Shown here: positions 24,801-38,580 of the stretch, piece after piece
How positions within the stretch are numbered: the stretch's first letter is position 1
Layout: every line of letters starts with the position of its first letter
Assembly: GCF_000181795.1 (NCBI RefSeq)
Contig: NW_003526941.1
Span: 7,987,954-8,032,611, forward strand
DNA from: Trichinella spiralis
Lineage: Eukaryota
Reading direction: 5' to 3'
Length of the DNA stretch: 44,658 nt
Notes under the pieces: generated by a model
The model's input: only the letters and a program-made list of their open reading frames with translations
The model's database searches: none
Told to the model about the DNA's origin: nothing
Made by a program: the position numbers and the translations under genes

Positions 24801-26096
24801 CTACACAACGGTAGCCGTGTTCTGTTGATAATAGAGTAAAGCGGTGTAGAAAAGAATCAATCTCAGGGTGGAGTCGAAGAAGGTTTTTCGTTCTTGATTA
24901 GCATCTGCACATTTTGAACAATCTAGCACCAAAGTTTGGTCATTATTTCGCTGAAACAACGACATGGAACCGGAACGACGCAGCTTGGGATGATGCACTG
25001 CGGCACAGTAAAATTCGGACGGAGTCAGCCGCTTGCTTGGATCTAATTGCAAAAGTGAATTGATGATGAATTTTTTGTAATCCTCTGCACATTCGGGAAA
25101 AGTCGGCGGCATGTGATAGCCTTGGTAATTGCGATTTGCCGCAAACAGAAACATCCGGCATAACGCTTGTTCATCAAATGGAATCTCAAGAATAAAATGA
25201 AACAAGATTAAATACGATATATATAAATTTGCATTTTAAAGTGAAAATGAATGGGAATGGATGTAAAAGAAGTTTTTTGTGATTTAAAATTTGAATTTGA
25301 AAAAAAAGCTCATTTGTAAGCGACTATCTATCAACTGGCATGCAATCAGTATCAACGAATGACAAGGTGATTGGTTTTAGATATTTTGAAATGAAAACCT
25401 GACGATGATTTTCTAATTTGTGGAAAATTGAATTAAGAATGGAGAGAAAAAGAATTTTAAACTGACCTGTCCTGTGAGACATTCGTGCAGAACAACTCCA
25501 ATGGACCACATGTCTACTTGGCAGTCATATTCAACGTTGTCAAGCACACTGGCGCCAATTTCCGGTGCCATATACATCGGCGTGCCTATGAGCTTGCTGT
25601 TCAATTTAGTATCCGTAAGGCGGCTAGAGCCGAAATCTCCAATCTTGACTTCGTCGATAATTTTCACTTGTGAATCTTCTTCATCGACGACGTGATATTT
25701 CAATAAAATATTCGCCGGCTTAATATCCCGGTGAATGATGTTGATGTCGTGCAAGGCTTTGTAGCCCACTGCCAGACCCTGCATGACAGTGTCGAAATTG
25801 GTCGCAGACAACGAGCCAGACAGTTCTAGGAAAGCGCTCAAGTCGCAGTCGCACAGCTCCATCACGACGTAGCAGTGCGTCGGATCGAACAGTACGTCAA
25901 GGATTCGGCAGATGTGTTTGTTGTTCAACTGTCGGACAGCGGTCAGTTCTTCCAATTTGGCATCTTCACGTTGTAGCTTTTTGACCGCCACTTGGCCAAT
26001 TGTATCCGCCGACCCACGGTACACGGAACCAAAAGCCCCGGTGCCCAGTTTTGCATTGTCGTCCGACTCGTCGAATTTGATGTCACCAATTTGCAT
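24801..26096 (-). CDS. Ser/Thr protein kinase, ULK/Atg1-like catalytic domain, ~337 aa
   Basis: Exons 26096-25467 and 25184-24801. Motifs LGTGAFGSV, VAVK, HRDIKPANILL, DFG, GTPMYMAPE, DMWSIGVVLHECLTGQ|IPF, LLQLDPSKR. The kinase call is secure; the ULK family assignment is an inference. Confidence 0.9.
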
Positions 26097-29000
26097 TGTA
26101 TTTTTTTTGTTCGATTGATCGATGATCTTTACCCAACAATGCAATAACGAATTCTTTGAATGCTGAAATCAAAAAGAAGAAATATTTTTTTTTAAATACG
26201 ACAATTTGCATATTTTATTGTGGCAAAGGAGCGCGCATTTTCACAGTCGGTTTCTTTTTCAACATTTCCAAAGCATCAGTGACGCATGAAATATATCAAG
26301 AGAGAACGGCAACTTCTTCACTTTAGCACTAGTCTTTTGTTGACACTGTTTTACGAGTAAACTTTGGTGATACAGATTTCGTGAATCAATTCAACAAATC
26401 GATCGATCACTCGCTTAATTCAAGGTGACGAGCAACTTTCACAAAGCACCGCATCGTGTCTCTTTCTCTCTCTTTCTTATTTCACTAATTTACTGGTTAA
26501 CTAACTGTAAAACTAAAAAAATAATTAAATCCATTTTCAATCGTATTTTTCCATTTTCATTAATAATTGATTATTATTCTGTTTTTTGAAAATTATTATT
26601 TTTCTCTCGGTGAATAGTGATAATAATGTATTGTTGATCTGTGAATAAGTGAATTTGTTTGTTGTTCAAAGCTGGGAAGAAGAAGAAGAACGTGCTTATT
26701 TCTTTCTTTCTCTCCTTTTGAGCGGAACACCAACAATAGATAATGATGTTGCTGCAGTAGATGTTGATTTGTGAAATTTCATATTTTCACAGATGACCAA
26801 AGATGGTTTATGAATTTTTAACAACGTAGAGAAATTTATTTAAACTGTGAATTTTAATTTGATTATTGTGTTTATTGTATTGTCTTTTCTTTTTTTTTTT
26901 GAAATATTACTTGTTGAGAAAATATGCTTTGAGCTGAAGTTATTTGCATAACAATTTCTTTTTTACTTTTTGTAATGAAAAATTGAACAAAAATTAGGTT
27001 AAAATATAAAATACGATAACAGCGTGAAATAGTTGGTCAGGAGAGAAATGGAAATCAATAAAATTACAAATAGGAAACTAGCTGCTAAATTATTGTTGAA
27101 AATTATTTATCGGTATGAGTATAGTAAGTCTGTAGATGTTGAACGGCTAAAATGGAAAATTGAACACCTGCTGTTAAATAACGTCGATGCTATTCAATTT
27201 TTGCTTGTTTTTTATTTACTCGCAAATGCAGATGATGATGATGATGATGAATTGAATTAATCGATACTGATGAATTTTCAAATTTGGCAAATGAAAATTG
27301 TCACAAATTTTCAAATTAAAAAGTAAAATAAATTTTTCCATATCTTACTCTCTCTTCGACGCGGTGGCGAAGTGGACGACGCATTTTTCGGCACGGTGCA
27401 AATCAATCTTTTTTTTTGCTCTTTCGATGCTTATGCTTGGATCACAAACAAAAAAACATGCACAATGTGGCCAATGTAGTTTTTTTTAATGTCAAATTTC
27501 TTGATATTTGAATTTTCATATTTTGTTTATTTACCTGTTCTTATTGCTCTCCCGGTTTTCTTGGGCTTTGCAAACTATAAGCATGTTGGTGAAAGAATGA
27601 ATGAACGATGGACAATCAATGGATGTGCGCGAACGAACGAGCCGTGCGTGCGGTGTGTCCATTCAAGCATCGAAAATTATATATATAATTTTAAATGATG
27701 TTGAAATTTTCAAGCTCATTCCACTTGCAACCGGCTTATTCGCATGCAGCTTGTCAAAACGCTCTCATCTTTTGCTCAGATTATTGAAAAACAGCAGCGT
27801 CTGGTTTTGTCATTATTATTGTCAGCATTGTGCAAGCAGTGCAGCACGCAGCTGTCGTTTCACAGAAATTTTCACACTGCATTTTTCTTGCACTTTCATA
27901 TAGCATATAGAATAGTCTATTAGCAGCTTCTTTTGAAAATATATTAATTCCAATAATGATGAATATCGATAAGATATTTGATTTATCTGTTCTGCTGTGC
28001 TTTTTTTAAAATTTTCTCATGCATTTCAACCAATCAGTACGATGATGTTGGGAACAAGCATTGCCATTGGGAGCATTAGAAAAAAGAAGCTTTTAATGTT
28101 TCAAAAGTAGTAGTAGTAGCATTCGCTATTAATAGAATAAAGACATATCTTATAAATGTTGTTGTAAGATAATGACGTTGTAATGTTGTTGTGAACATTT
28201 CACTACTTTGACGTAAATTAACACATTTAGACGCACACGGCTTTATTTGATTTAAACTTTGCTTTTTCATATCAATTTCATTATATAAACTGTTATTTAT
28301 TGTATGTGAACAGTGTAGAAAGGTGGGTTCTATGTTATGACGTTATTGTTTGAATGATTAGAATGAATTTTTAAAAAAAATATGTACATATATGTATGGA
28401 ATTAGTAGTTGATCAGAATATTTTTCACTTGAGTAGTAGAATTGTTTAAGTAAGCAGAACTGAATTAACATCAACAGAAACGCTGTAGCGCTACTAATTA
28501 GTTTGAGATTGTTGGGAAAAGTTGGAGAAAACATGTGCAGAGAATAAGTTTTGGACGAATGCCAACAGCAGAAATAGAATCGGAAATGAAGAAGCTGCTG
28601 ATGAAGAAGACACTGACAAACTGACAACAACAACAATTAAATAACAAGAGCTTGGCAAGTGAACGAATGAATAAATAAATGTACATATTTACATGTGCGT
28701 CAGCGTGTGATTATTGATTTTTAAACTTCTATCCAACTGGATACATTCGGTTGGAATGCTTTTCAAATTTGTGCTAGCTAAACAACTAAGGAAAAGGTAT
28801 CAAAATTTCGATACAATGTACTACTTACTAGCTTGCCAGTGTTGGAGAAGAACTGCCAGAAAAAAAGGAACATATCTTGGATTTTATACTTTAAAAATTA
28901 GATAAAAGCGAAGAAGATGAATAATTAGAACGATAATTTTCACTTACAAAGTGATGCTTTATTATTAGTGCAAATGATAAAATGGAAAACTTCCATTTGA

Positions 29001-31851
29001 CTCCTATATTAATCGTTAGCTGTGGCATTAAGTTTGAGAAGATTATTTATTTCTTTACTTTTATTTGACAAGGCAGATTCTTTCCAGTTCTACTTTGAGG
29101 AACAAACTAATAATACTAGTTGGATTGGTTATTTTTGCAGAAACAAGCTCGTTCATTAGCATTATTGCTAAATATATATATATATATATATGCTAACAGT
29201 ATTGATAGGAGCGTTATTATTATTATTATAGAGTTAGCGTTGAAATTGTCATGAAACGTTTATTTTCTCATCGACATTCAATTGCATGATTCACATTGGA
29301 AAATAATTTCATCTCTGAATTGGACAGCCAACAATAAAAGCCTTAACATTAAGTGGACGACTGTGGAAAATATCTCTTGTTCCTTGGCGATTATTTGAAA
29401 CGATAAAAATGATGTTTTGCGTGAATTACTACTTTCCATTCAGCGTAATTGTGAATTTTCTATGGGAAAAGTAGTATTCATTTTCGAGCTTCATTTATTA
29501 TTTATATATCTCTGTATGGGGACAATATATAAAGAAAAAATTAAGATATATATATACTTATGAAAAGATGAAAAAGATTCAGCTCGTCATAGGATAGATA
29601 GATAATTAATTATCAGTATTCAATTTAGTTAAAGTGTGCTGCGTTAGTGCTGAACTCTTTTGCAATGCTAATCACATCAGCAAACAGAGGTGTAAAATGT
29701 TTGTTGATTTTAATTCAGGGAGAATACTTTTCACAAGGGAAGAATTTGCAAAAATAAAAATCTTTGAATGTTGAATCAGTTGAATTTAAAATGGGAATTT
29801 TTGCATGCTTTGTTTTATCAAAAAAAATTCTTGAAATGTTTAAATTCATGCATAGTTTTTGACATTTCAAATTGATATCCAATATTACGATGTATTTATA
29901 ATCGTCTTACTTTTTTGTCTTCTTTCTCTTATGAAAAGCTTCAATTCAGTAATAATACAATCGCGCTTCCCGGTTGTATGAAAAATTTTTACACCATCTC
30001 TTTTTTAAAATTTATTCCCCACCTAATAATATTGTCAAGTAATATGGCATGAAGGAAAAGATGCGCTTGCTTTCCATTTGTTCTTTTTCCTTGTTACCTG
30101 CTCATTATTTCTTTCCTCATTCTCACGCATTTGCAATGATAGATTTAAAGAAATTATTTATGTTTTTTAATCAATTAGCAGCGCTAATGATTAAACGGAT
30201 GAAAAGATTAATATTTTTTTAAGCATGTAAAAATTGATCATGACATAATTGATATGACGTTTTCAATTTTTATAATTTGAATGATTGATTTATACTTTCA
30301 AAAAAATAATAACGAATGTGCACACATTTGAAATTGAACAATGACATTCATTGTGGCCTTTGACGTGCTGATTTATTGAGCGATTCAGCTTTCAACTTTG
30401 GTGCGCTACAATGTAGTGGCGAGAGATTGTAACTTACTTTATACAAAGGTGTAGAGCTAATTGCAAATAATCTTTTCAGATCACATAAGAACTTTCTTTG
30501 GGAAATGACTTGTGCTTATATTTAAAAAAATCAATATATTTTATGAGCATAGTATATGTTGGTTAAAAAAATTGACAATTAAATTCAAATTGGAACGTTG
30601 TTATTCAAAAATTTTTACACAAATATATATTTCAAGTGTGGTTGGTTTTAGCTTGATGATTTACAAGAGAAAAAAAATTCCTATTTATCCAAATATTCAG
30701 GCATAAGAATGTTCTCATTTGTGGAAGCAAGCCGACCAGCTTGCAGTGATTGTACATATTTCAGGAAAGGTGCTCTGTATTGAAACTGGTTGTTCCCATT
30801 GTTGTATTATTTATTTGTAAGCGAATTTATTTGAAGGCAGTATTTGGAATATATACTTTACTGAATCGAAACAAAAATGTAAATTAATTAGAATAATTAA
30901 TTAATTAATTATAATAAATACGGTGAAATTTCTACTATACATTTCAATGGACTTGGTTTGAAAGTTGACTTTTGCATTATTGAAGGGAATTATTTAGTTT
31001 CAAATAGAATAGAACTTACTTTTGAAGAAAGATTTAATGCTGTCTGTCTGTTGGCAACGTGAATAGCAGACGAATAGAATTGAAATGTGGTGGCTGAATT
31101 TGAGAATTTTTGTTTACAGTAAGTAATGGAAGTTTTGAACCGGTGGTGAATGGAAATGCTCTTCTCTGAACGATTGGCTGGGAGTGGGAAATACGCGCAT
31201 CGCCATTGGGAATACGTTGAACACGCACTGCATCGATTCAACAAGCGCAGAAAGCTTGTGTAAATGGTCGATTATGAATTGAAATTTTATGACTTGGAAA
31301 ATTAGCTACTGAAACCGAAAGCTTTCATTCATTTTACTTTAGCACCACCAACACCACTACCACTACTACTACAATTACTACAACTACTATAGTTCGTATG
31401 CATGTTCACATGTATTTATCTATCCATCTATACAGGTGAAATAATTCACTAGTGACACATTCATCGCTTGGGGGTATTTTTCTTTCATTTGACATTTATT
31501 TGTCGACGCTCTTATTTTCTCCCTTGGTAAGTTTTTACTTTATAAAATGGGTGTGCCGCAATCAAGGAAACAAGTTACATGCGCCAACTAACTGATATAT
31601 ATATGTATTCATTAATAAAAGAATTAAGTTGACCAACAATTGTGAAATGTTATGTTATATAATTTTTTGAATCATGCAGTCGTCATTTTGCATTGATTAT
31701 GCTTGACAAATGCGTGCAAATTGCGAGCTTGTTTTTTCCTTTTTTTACTGCTTAATGTTCAACAATTTGCCATCACTGAACATATAAAGCCTACGAGGAT
31801 GATGGGGTCGTTTTGAAAAGCCGCTAAATGGTTCCGTGACGGAATCAAAAG

Positions 31852-31865
31852 TTGCCCCCTAGTGG
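31852..31865 (-). promoter_or_regulatory. CTCF-consensus-like site
   Basis: Minus strand reads CCACTAGGGGGCAA, close to the CTCF core CCACYAG(G/A)(G/T)GGCRS, within a GC-richer patch of an AT-rich intergenic region. Confidence 0.45.
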
Positions 31866-34714
31866 AATTCTAAATTCTAACAATTGTAATGGCGTGAAAA
31901 AAAAGAATAATAAGAAAAAACCCCATATCCGTTCAGGGAATATGGAAAATATTGACGTAAAGAAAAATTAACATTAAATGATTACGCTTTTGGGTTGTTG
32001 TTATGTGTAGCAATTTTTGAATGGTTGAGGATGATTTTTTTTTGAAAATACTGAATTGTGATGTTAAGATGAGATTGTTGTAATTTATTGCTTCTTGTTC
32101 ATTTATTTGGTAAATTGTGTTTGAACACGCACTGAACATTAATTCGAAAATGTCCAAATGAAAGCACAATATCTGTTCAATTGTAGAGATGAAATTGAAA
32201 AATAATCTTTGCATCATTTTTCATCTTTTCCAACAAGTTTCTTGAAAATACAAAAGCAATATGGAATTATTGTATTAATTATATTCAAACAATACATCAT
32301 TTGTACAAAGAAAAATCATTTCCATTGTTCCACAATGAACAAAATGCGTGACAGAAATTACTGCTATCGATTCAGCTGGATAATAAAGAACAAGAATGCT
32401 TATTATTATTATTATTATTATCATTTATATAATTTCAGTTGAAAAATTTTATTTTATCGAAAGATGTTGCATTTTTAGAAAATCATTCTGCTTGACTAGC
32501 TAAGAAATTATGAAAATGATGTATCAATTTTATGTGAAACGTTATTTAGTCGTCTTTTTCAATTTATTACTGCTATTGTGAACAGCAAATGAGGAAAAGG
32601 AAAATTTATGCTGCATTATTATTGCTTAAACAAACGGCAACCACAGCGTGTACGGTAATTTTTGAAAGATGAATTCTTCTTTTGAAAATTTTTACAATGA
32701 ATAAAATTTTTCCAAAAAAAATGTTAATATTGACATAGGTGAGATAATTTGATTTGGTTTATGCATATTTTGAATTTTTGCAATCATTTTATTATATGAC
32801 GATACATTTGAATTGGTTCAATTGATTGATTTGATTGACAGTTGCTATTTGTTTTTTCTTTTGGATTTTGAACAATTAATCAGGCCATAAAATCTTCATA
32901 TAAACCAAATAAAACTAAATTCATTGATAGTCAGTGGGAAAAAAAATTTTTTTTTTATTCATTTATCTATCAGATAGTTCAGCTGAGAAATTTTCAAAAA
33001 CGGCTCGCGTCATTTTTGTTTTTTTTTCCTGCTGCTCATATATACATTTTTTGTCAGATGAAGAATCTACATTAATTCAGCATTCAGCAGCTTTCACATT
33101 TGTGAAAGATTCTCAGATTTTGTGTTGACAACGTGAGATAGATGTTGATCATTTTACTTGCAAGGGGGATGGATGAAAATGATAAAAAAAAATATAAGCT
33201 TTTGTGAAATGTGAAGCACGTTTGTGTGGAAATTGATCAAGCTCACATTTTGCTGCATTTTTTCGTTTTAAATTTCATTTTTCAAATTATTTGCATGAAA
33301 TATTTTCGAGCAATTGCACTTTGATCCAACAATGTTCTAATATTTATTGTTTTCTTGATATTAAAAAATTTTTTATTTCAACAGAAGAAAGACAATTCAC
33401 ATGTGACATTTGATATTTATTTTTACTTTTATCTTTTCAACACTGATATTCATTTTTTAAATATGTAAAAGGGGTACTGATTCAGCAAATTGTTTTTTAC
33501 TATAAATGAATGCAACGCAGCAGCAATTTGCTATTCATTTTCGTTTCATGAATGTTGTCATTTATTTTTAAGAGTATTTTGAAATAAAGTGATAAAAGTG
33601 ATAATGAGAATTTTAATGAAAAAAAGATCTCATATTTTGCTTTTTCTTTGGGTTTCCCTTTCAGTTTGCATATTCGCCTGAATATTATCGAAGTGAATGT
33701 TCATTGCTTTGCTCCAAAGCGCAAAGTTTTTTAAATGATGAAAATGTGAAAACGTTGCTCTAATGACAATTGCAATCATACAAAAGGTGTTCAGTTAAAT
33801 TGAATTAACGAAATTAATGTCATATAAATTGGTTAATAATATTGCAACAGAGTTTATACGCATCATGCATTCCGACAAAACAGACATTTTATGCTTGTAA
33901 TTTTTTTTCTTTCGTTAATGCAAAAAAAGTACTTGGAATATATATTCCTCAGTGAGGAGTAGTGTAATTTCATTAGACAACATTTTATTGCTTATTCTAT
34001 GTCCAGATGATTAGTTTATCTTTATTTTATAGTTGTTTTTTATGAGGAAGTAATTGACTATAAATTTAGTTATATTTTTCATCGTTGCATGCAAGTATGT
34101 GGTTGGGGAGGAGGATGTATTGCAAGTTTAATTTTATGGAAAAGAAATTTACTTATTATGTAGGCTGAATTTACTGCAGTTGTCAATTTTATCGGTTGTT
34201 GTTGGGGGAATTATGCAATAGTTCAGTGCATGCAATTTTTGTGAATCTTTTTTTTCAAATTAAGAAATTATATTTTTAAAAAAGTTTTGGCGTGTACTGA
34301 GAGAAAAGTAACTTTGTAAAAATTCTCCTATTTCAAACTCATTGACTGACGAGATCATTGCAACAGCAAGTATAGATGGCATTATTAAAACAAACATTAA
34401 ATTTTTCAACATACTTATTATAATTTAACTGAAACGGTGGGCTGCAGTCGAAACCAGCTGAAGTTCCAAACTGTCACTTCGCAGTTTTTGCCATGTGCAC
34501 TTGTGCCATTTATTAGCATTAAAAAAACTCTGCAGTTTTGCATTTCGCAGCTTGAAGGCACTTTGTTTCGAACGACTGCACTAAGCTCAGCAACAAATTG
34601 ATGTTTCTACCAGCTCTTTCTATTCGCAGTTTATTCTTTTTGTCTTTTCCTCTCATCTTTATTTACTACTTCTTACTACTGCTCGAACCGCTTCTTTGTT
34701 GTGCGTTATGTTCT

Positions 34715-34756
34715 AATAATAATAATAATAATAATAATAAACATAATAATAATAAT
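34715..34756. repeat. (AAT)n microsatellite, interrupted
   Basis: taataataat... run read directly. Confidence 0.9.
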
Positions 34757-35806
34757 GCAGCAGTTGTTCCAAACTGACGTTTCTATTCAAGGTGGCTGTC
34801 TGAAAGTTGTTCTTTGAAATTTTTATTTTTCCATACAAATCAATTTATTATTATTTATTTATGTGAAAATGAATTCAACAAGACAATTATGCAAAATTAA
34901 AGGAACATAATAAGCTTGAATTGAACTGGAATGATTATCGAATTTCTTTGACTTTTTATAACGTTTTATCAACACGTTCGTGTATTCACTGATGGCTGTT
35001 TGTTGCTCAACAAATGTTAAATAACAGAAATGAATACATACATACGTATGCTTTTATCATGATTATCACTACACGATGATCATATATAATTGATACAGTG
35101 TTGCTTTCAATTTTATCTTGTAGTTGCATATGCTTAATATGTATAATAATTTTTAATTCTTTTATGTTTACATAAATCGAAAAGTAAGCGTTTTTACGAT
35201 AGCATCAAAATTTGCCTAAAACATTGCACTGAATGTTATCAGAAGAATATTTTCAATGGTCGTAATTGACATTAGTGAAGTGGATCAAAAATAATTGGAT
35301 TGATGTATGTTCATCGTTGCAGTTGTTAATCAAATTATATTTAGTTTGAAATTTTCAAATAACTGAAATTGTTTGAAAAATGAAAGATACAAGACCAATA
35401 TAATAATACATTGCACAAAATGTTTTGATCATCAGAATTTCTGATTGTAACGATTATTATTAGGCTTTATCAGTAGATAAAAACAATCAGAGGACTGGTA
35501 ACTTGTAGTTGATTGTATAAATTTTTAAGTGGAATCGAATTTCCATTAGTAAAATGTTTCATGTGAAATTTTCAAATACACATATTAATACTTGAGCATC
35601 AATTTATTGGTTACAGTATATATTTTTATTTTCAAGTGTTTGGTTCATTAGAATAAGAAGTTTATGAGAAAAAAATTGTTCTAGATTCATAAAAGAACAT
35701 TGTCGACTACAGCTTGTTAATTGACGTTGGAAATTTCATTTTACTACACCTGCTATTGGTAGTACTGAGAACTGCTTTAATGAAGATACGGACGATTCGC
35801 TTGTAG

Positions 35807-37564
35807 ATGGAGAACAGTATTTGTCGTCAAAAGAGTTCAGAAAAAGATGATGGTGCATACTTTCATCAAACTAATGAGCAGGTGAAACATTTTTACATTT
35901 ATGAGCATTCAATCAAGTTGTGATTTAATGAAAAAATGCATGCGCTTAAAAAAATACTCTTATATTATGTCTTTTAATTTGATTTTTGTAAATGTAGTAT
36001 GAATGATTTATATTACTTCTAAGTTTCAGAAAAAAATGTTATTTTCACTCATTGTGGGTTTAAATTTTTAAGAATGGTCGAAATTTCAATAAGGCAAATA
36101 GCCTGTTGTCACAAGCAGAATGTGCGGTTTTGAAAATGTCTGAACCAATGCCATGCAATGCTGTTCCTGTGCATGGTTACGATTTCAACGTTAAGCTGAA
36201 CGATTATTCAGAATTGTTCAACTCTTTCGCTACTACGGGTTTTCAGGCGAAGAGCTTTTCAGATTCTGTCATTCAGATAAATAAAATGGTATATACTCAC
36301 TACAAATGTAAATGAACGTGAGTTTTATTCAAAATATGATTGCAGTTGGACGAAAAAAAATCAATTCCTGAATTTGAAGATCCATCGTTGAGTGAATTTG
36401 AATTTCCAAATTTTTTTCGTCCCAAAACAGGATGTACAATATTTTTGGCTTACACGTCCAATATGATATCATCTGGCCTGCGAGAAGTGATTCGTTTCTT
36501 AGTAGAGCATAACATGGTAAGTTTTATTTTTCTGTTTTCGTTTTTTGAATTTCAACCAAATTAAGTTTTAATTGTGAAATTCAGATTAATTTTGCAATTG
36601 TTTATTAATTGCCATTCTCAGGTTGATTGCTTGGTGACGAGCGCAGGCGGCATAGAGGAAGATTTAATAAAATGTTTGGCGCCAACATATTTGGGTGATT
36701 TTCGACTTGACGGCGCGCAGTTGCGGCAGAAGGGCTTCAATCGTATTGGAGATTTGTTGATTCCAAATCGAAATTATTGTCTTTTTGAAGATTGGTTGAT
36801 GCCTATTTTAGACAAACTTGTCGAAGAGCAGACAACACAGGTTGAATAAATTATCAGCAGCTAGCTGCTTTGAAGTATGCGGATTGTGAATTTATTATTT
36901 CATTTGTATTTAGAATGTAAGCTGGACTCCTCATAAACTAATTTACAGATTAGGGCAGGAAATCAATTGTTCACAGTCCATTTACTACTGGGCAGCAAAA
37001 AACAAAATTCCAGTGTTTTGTCCAGGTATCACTGACGGATCTCTGGGCGATATGTTGTATTTTCATTCCATTCATCGTTCTCCATTGAAATTGGATATTG
37101 TAGAAGGTATGTTCTTTTTGAGTATTCTTGAGTAAGCGTTCTTGAATTTCTTTTACAATTCTTGTAGACGTTCGTCTGATTAACGATATGGCAGTCAAGT
37201 CCGTCAAAACAGGGATGATAATACTCGGAGCTGGACTGATAAAGCATCACGTTTGCAATGCCAATTTGATGGTTCAGTTTATTAATATTCAAAACAAACG
37301 CAGTGTTTGTTGATTTATTAATGGGGATTGCTTTTATTTTAGCGAAACGGAGCAAACTATTCCGTTTTTGTGAACACTGCTCAAGAATATGATGGTTCGG
37401 ATGCGGGTGCTCTTCCAGATGAGGCTGTTTCTTGGGGAAAAATACGCAGCGATGCCAAGCCTGTCAAATTGTTTTGCGATGCTACAATAGCATTTCCATT
37501 ACTTGTATCACAGACATTTTTGCAACATCATCAGCAAGCCACTGCAAAATCTCTTTCTCAATAG
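35807..37564 (+). CDS. DHPS: Deoxyhypusine synthase
   Basis: [93 protein letters not shown] (active-site Lys). First exon 35807-35881 is tentative. Confidence 0.97.
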
Positions 37565-38570
37565 GTCTCAATAATGTTCTTTTATATCCAATTCACATTA
37601 GTTTGACAAAATTACACTATAATTGTTTTCATTCAGGTGGCATAAACTTATCTGAATTAAAGCCGCAAAAATTTCGAAATGCTCATACAAAATTATGGGA
37701 AAATGTAATACTGCTGTGATCTGTTATGTAATTTTAATTCCTTTCATTATTAAAAACAATATTATTGTTACTTTATTCCATTGGAAAAGCATTACACTTG
37801 AGACACTTGAAAGAAAGCATGAAAACAGTTACAATTCAAGAGTGAATATATAAAATTCAATAATAGAATTACATAATATGCATAATAATAGAATAATTCA
37901 TAATTTCATAAAAGAAAATGATTTTCAAATTTTGGCGGGAACTTTACGGTAATCGTTTCCATTTATATAGGTCATTTTTGAATTTTCAAATCGCTGTCAT
38001 TGGTTGAATTTGCTAGTTTGTCTGCTGTCAGTCTACCGTATTCTTTCAATGTGTTCCTGTATGTCATCATTGTATAATCAATGTGTATTTTATGTGATTT
38101 TATTGTACGTATTCATTTGCATTCTAATATTTAAAATCAAAATATTAATAAATAATTTGGAATGAATGTCAACGATAAAAAATGTTTCTTGAAATCATCG
38201 CCTTAGCATTCACATTTAAACATTCCCCTGTACTATTGTTTCAGTTAAGTAAATAGAACGCGATGAAAAATTATCAGTAGGAGAGCATGTAAATTTGCAT
38301 ACGAGCTCATTATTGTTTGCTTTGTGACCTTATTTGAAATAATTTCAGATTGACGCCATGAGTGACGTGGTGCGTTTTGATATTCAAATGCGTCTAAAAT
38401 ACAATTTCCAATGCCAACTCAGTCGTTCGTTGTTTTTTCATTTTTATTTTTCAAATCAACACTAAAAGAAGATCAGAATTGAACAATGAGAAGCGACTGC
38501 GTTTGGTAAGTGGGCCAATTATTTTGGGTATATAAACACAATTATAAAAATTGTACAATTGAAAACAAAA

Positions 38571-38580
38571 NNNNNNNNNN
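38571..38580. other. Assembly gap (10 N)
   Basis: nnnnnnnnnn in the sequence; the true gap size is unknown. Confidence 0.99.

Noticed and set aside
29460..32940. Several RTGGGAA (LAG-1/CSL-like) motifs
   Set aside because: They are scattered over kilobases and also present elsewhere in the window, with no tight cluster or paired-site geometry.
27033..33128. Many 60-100 aa ORFs listed in the track
   Set aside because: They are AT-driven, F/I/L/K/N-rich frames with no motifs or consistent splice structure, as expected by chance.
34350..34370. GAGATCATTG bantam-like seed
   Set aside because: It lacks the 5' U, diverges at the 3' end and has no convincing hairpin partner arm.
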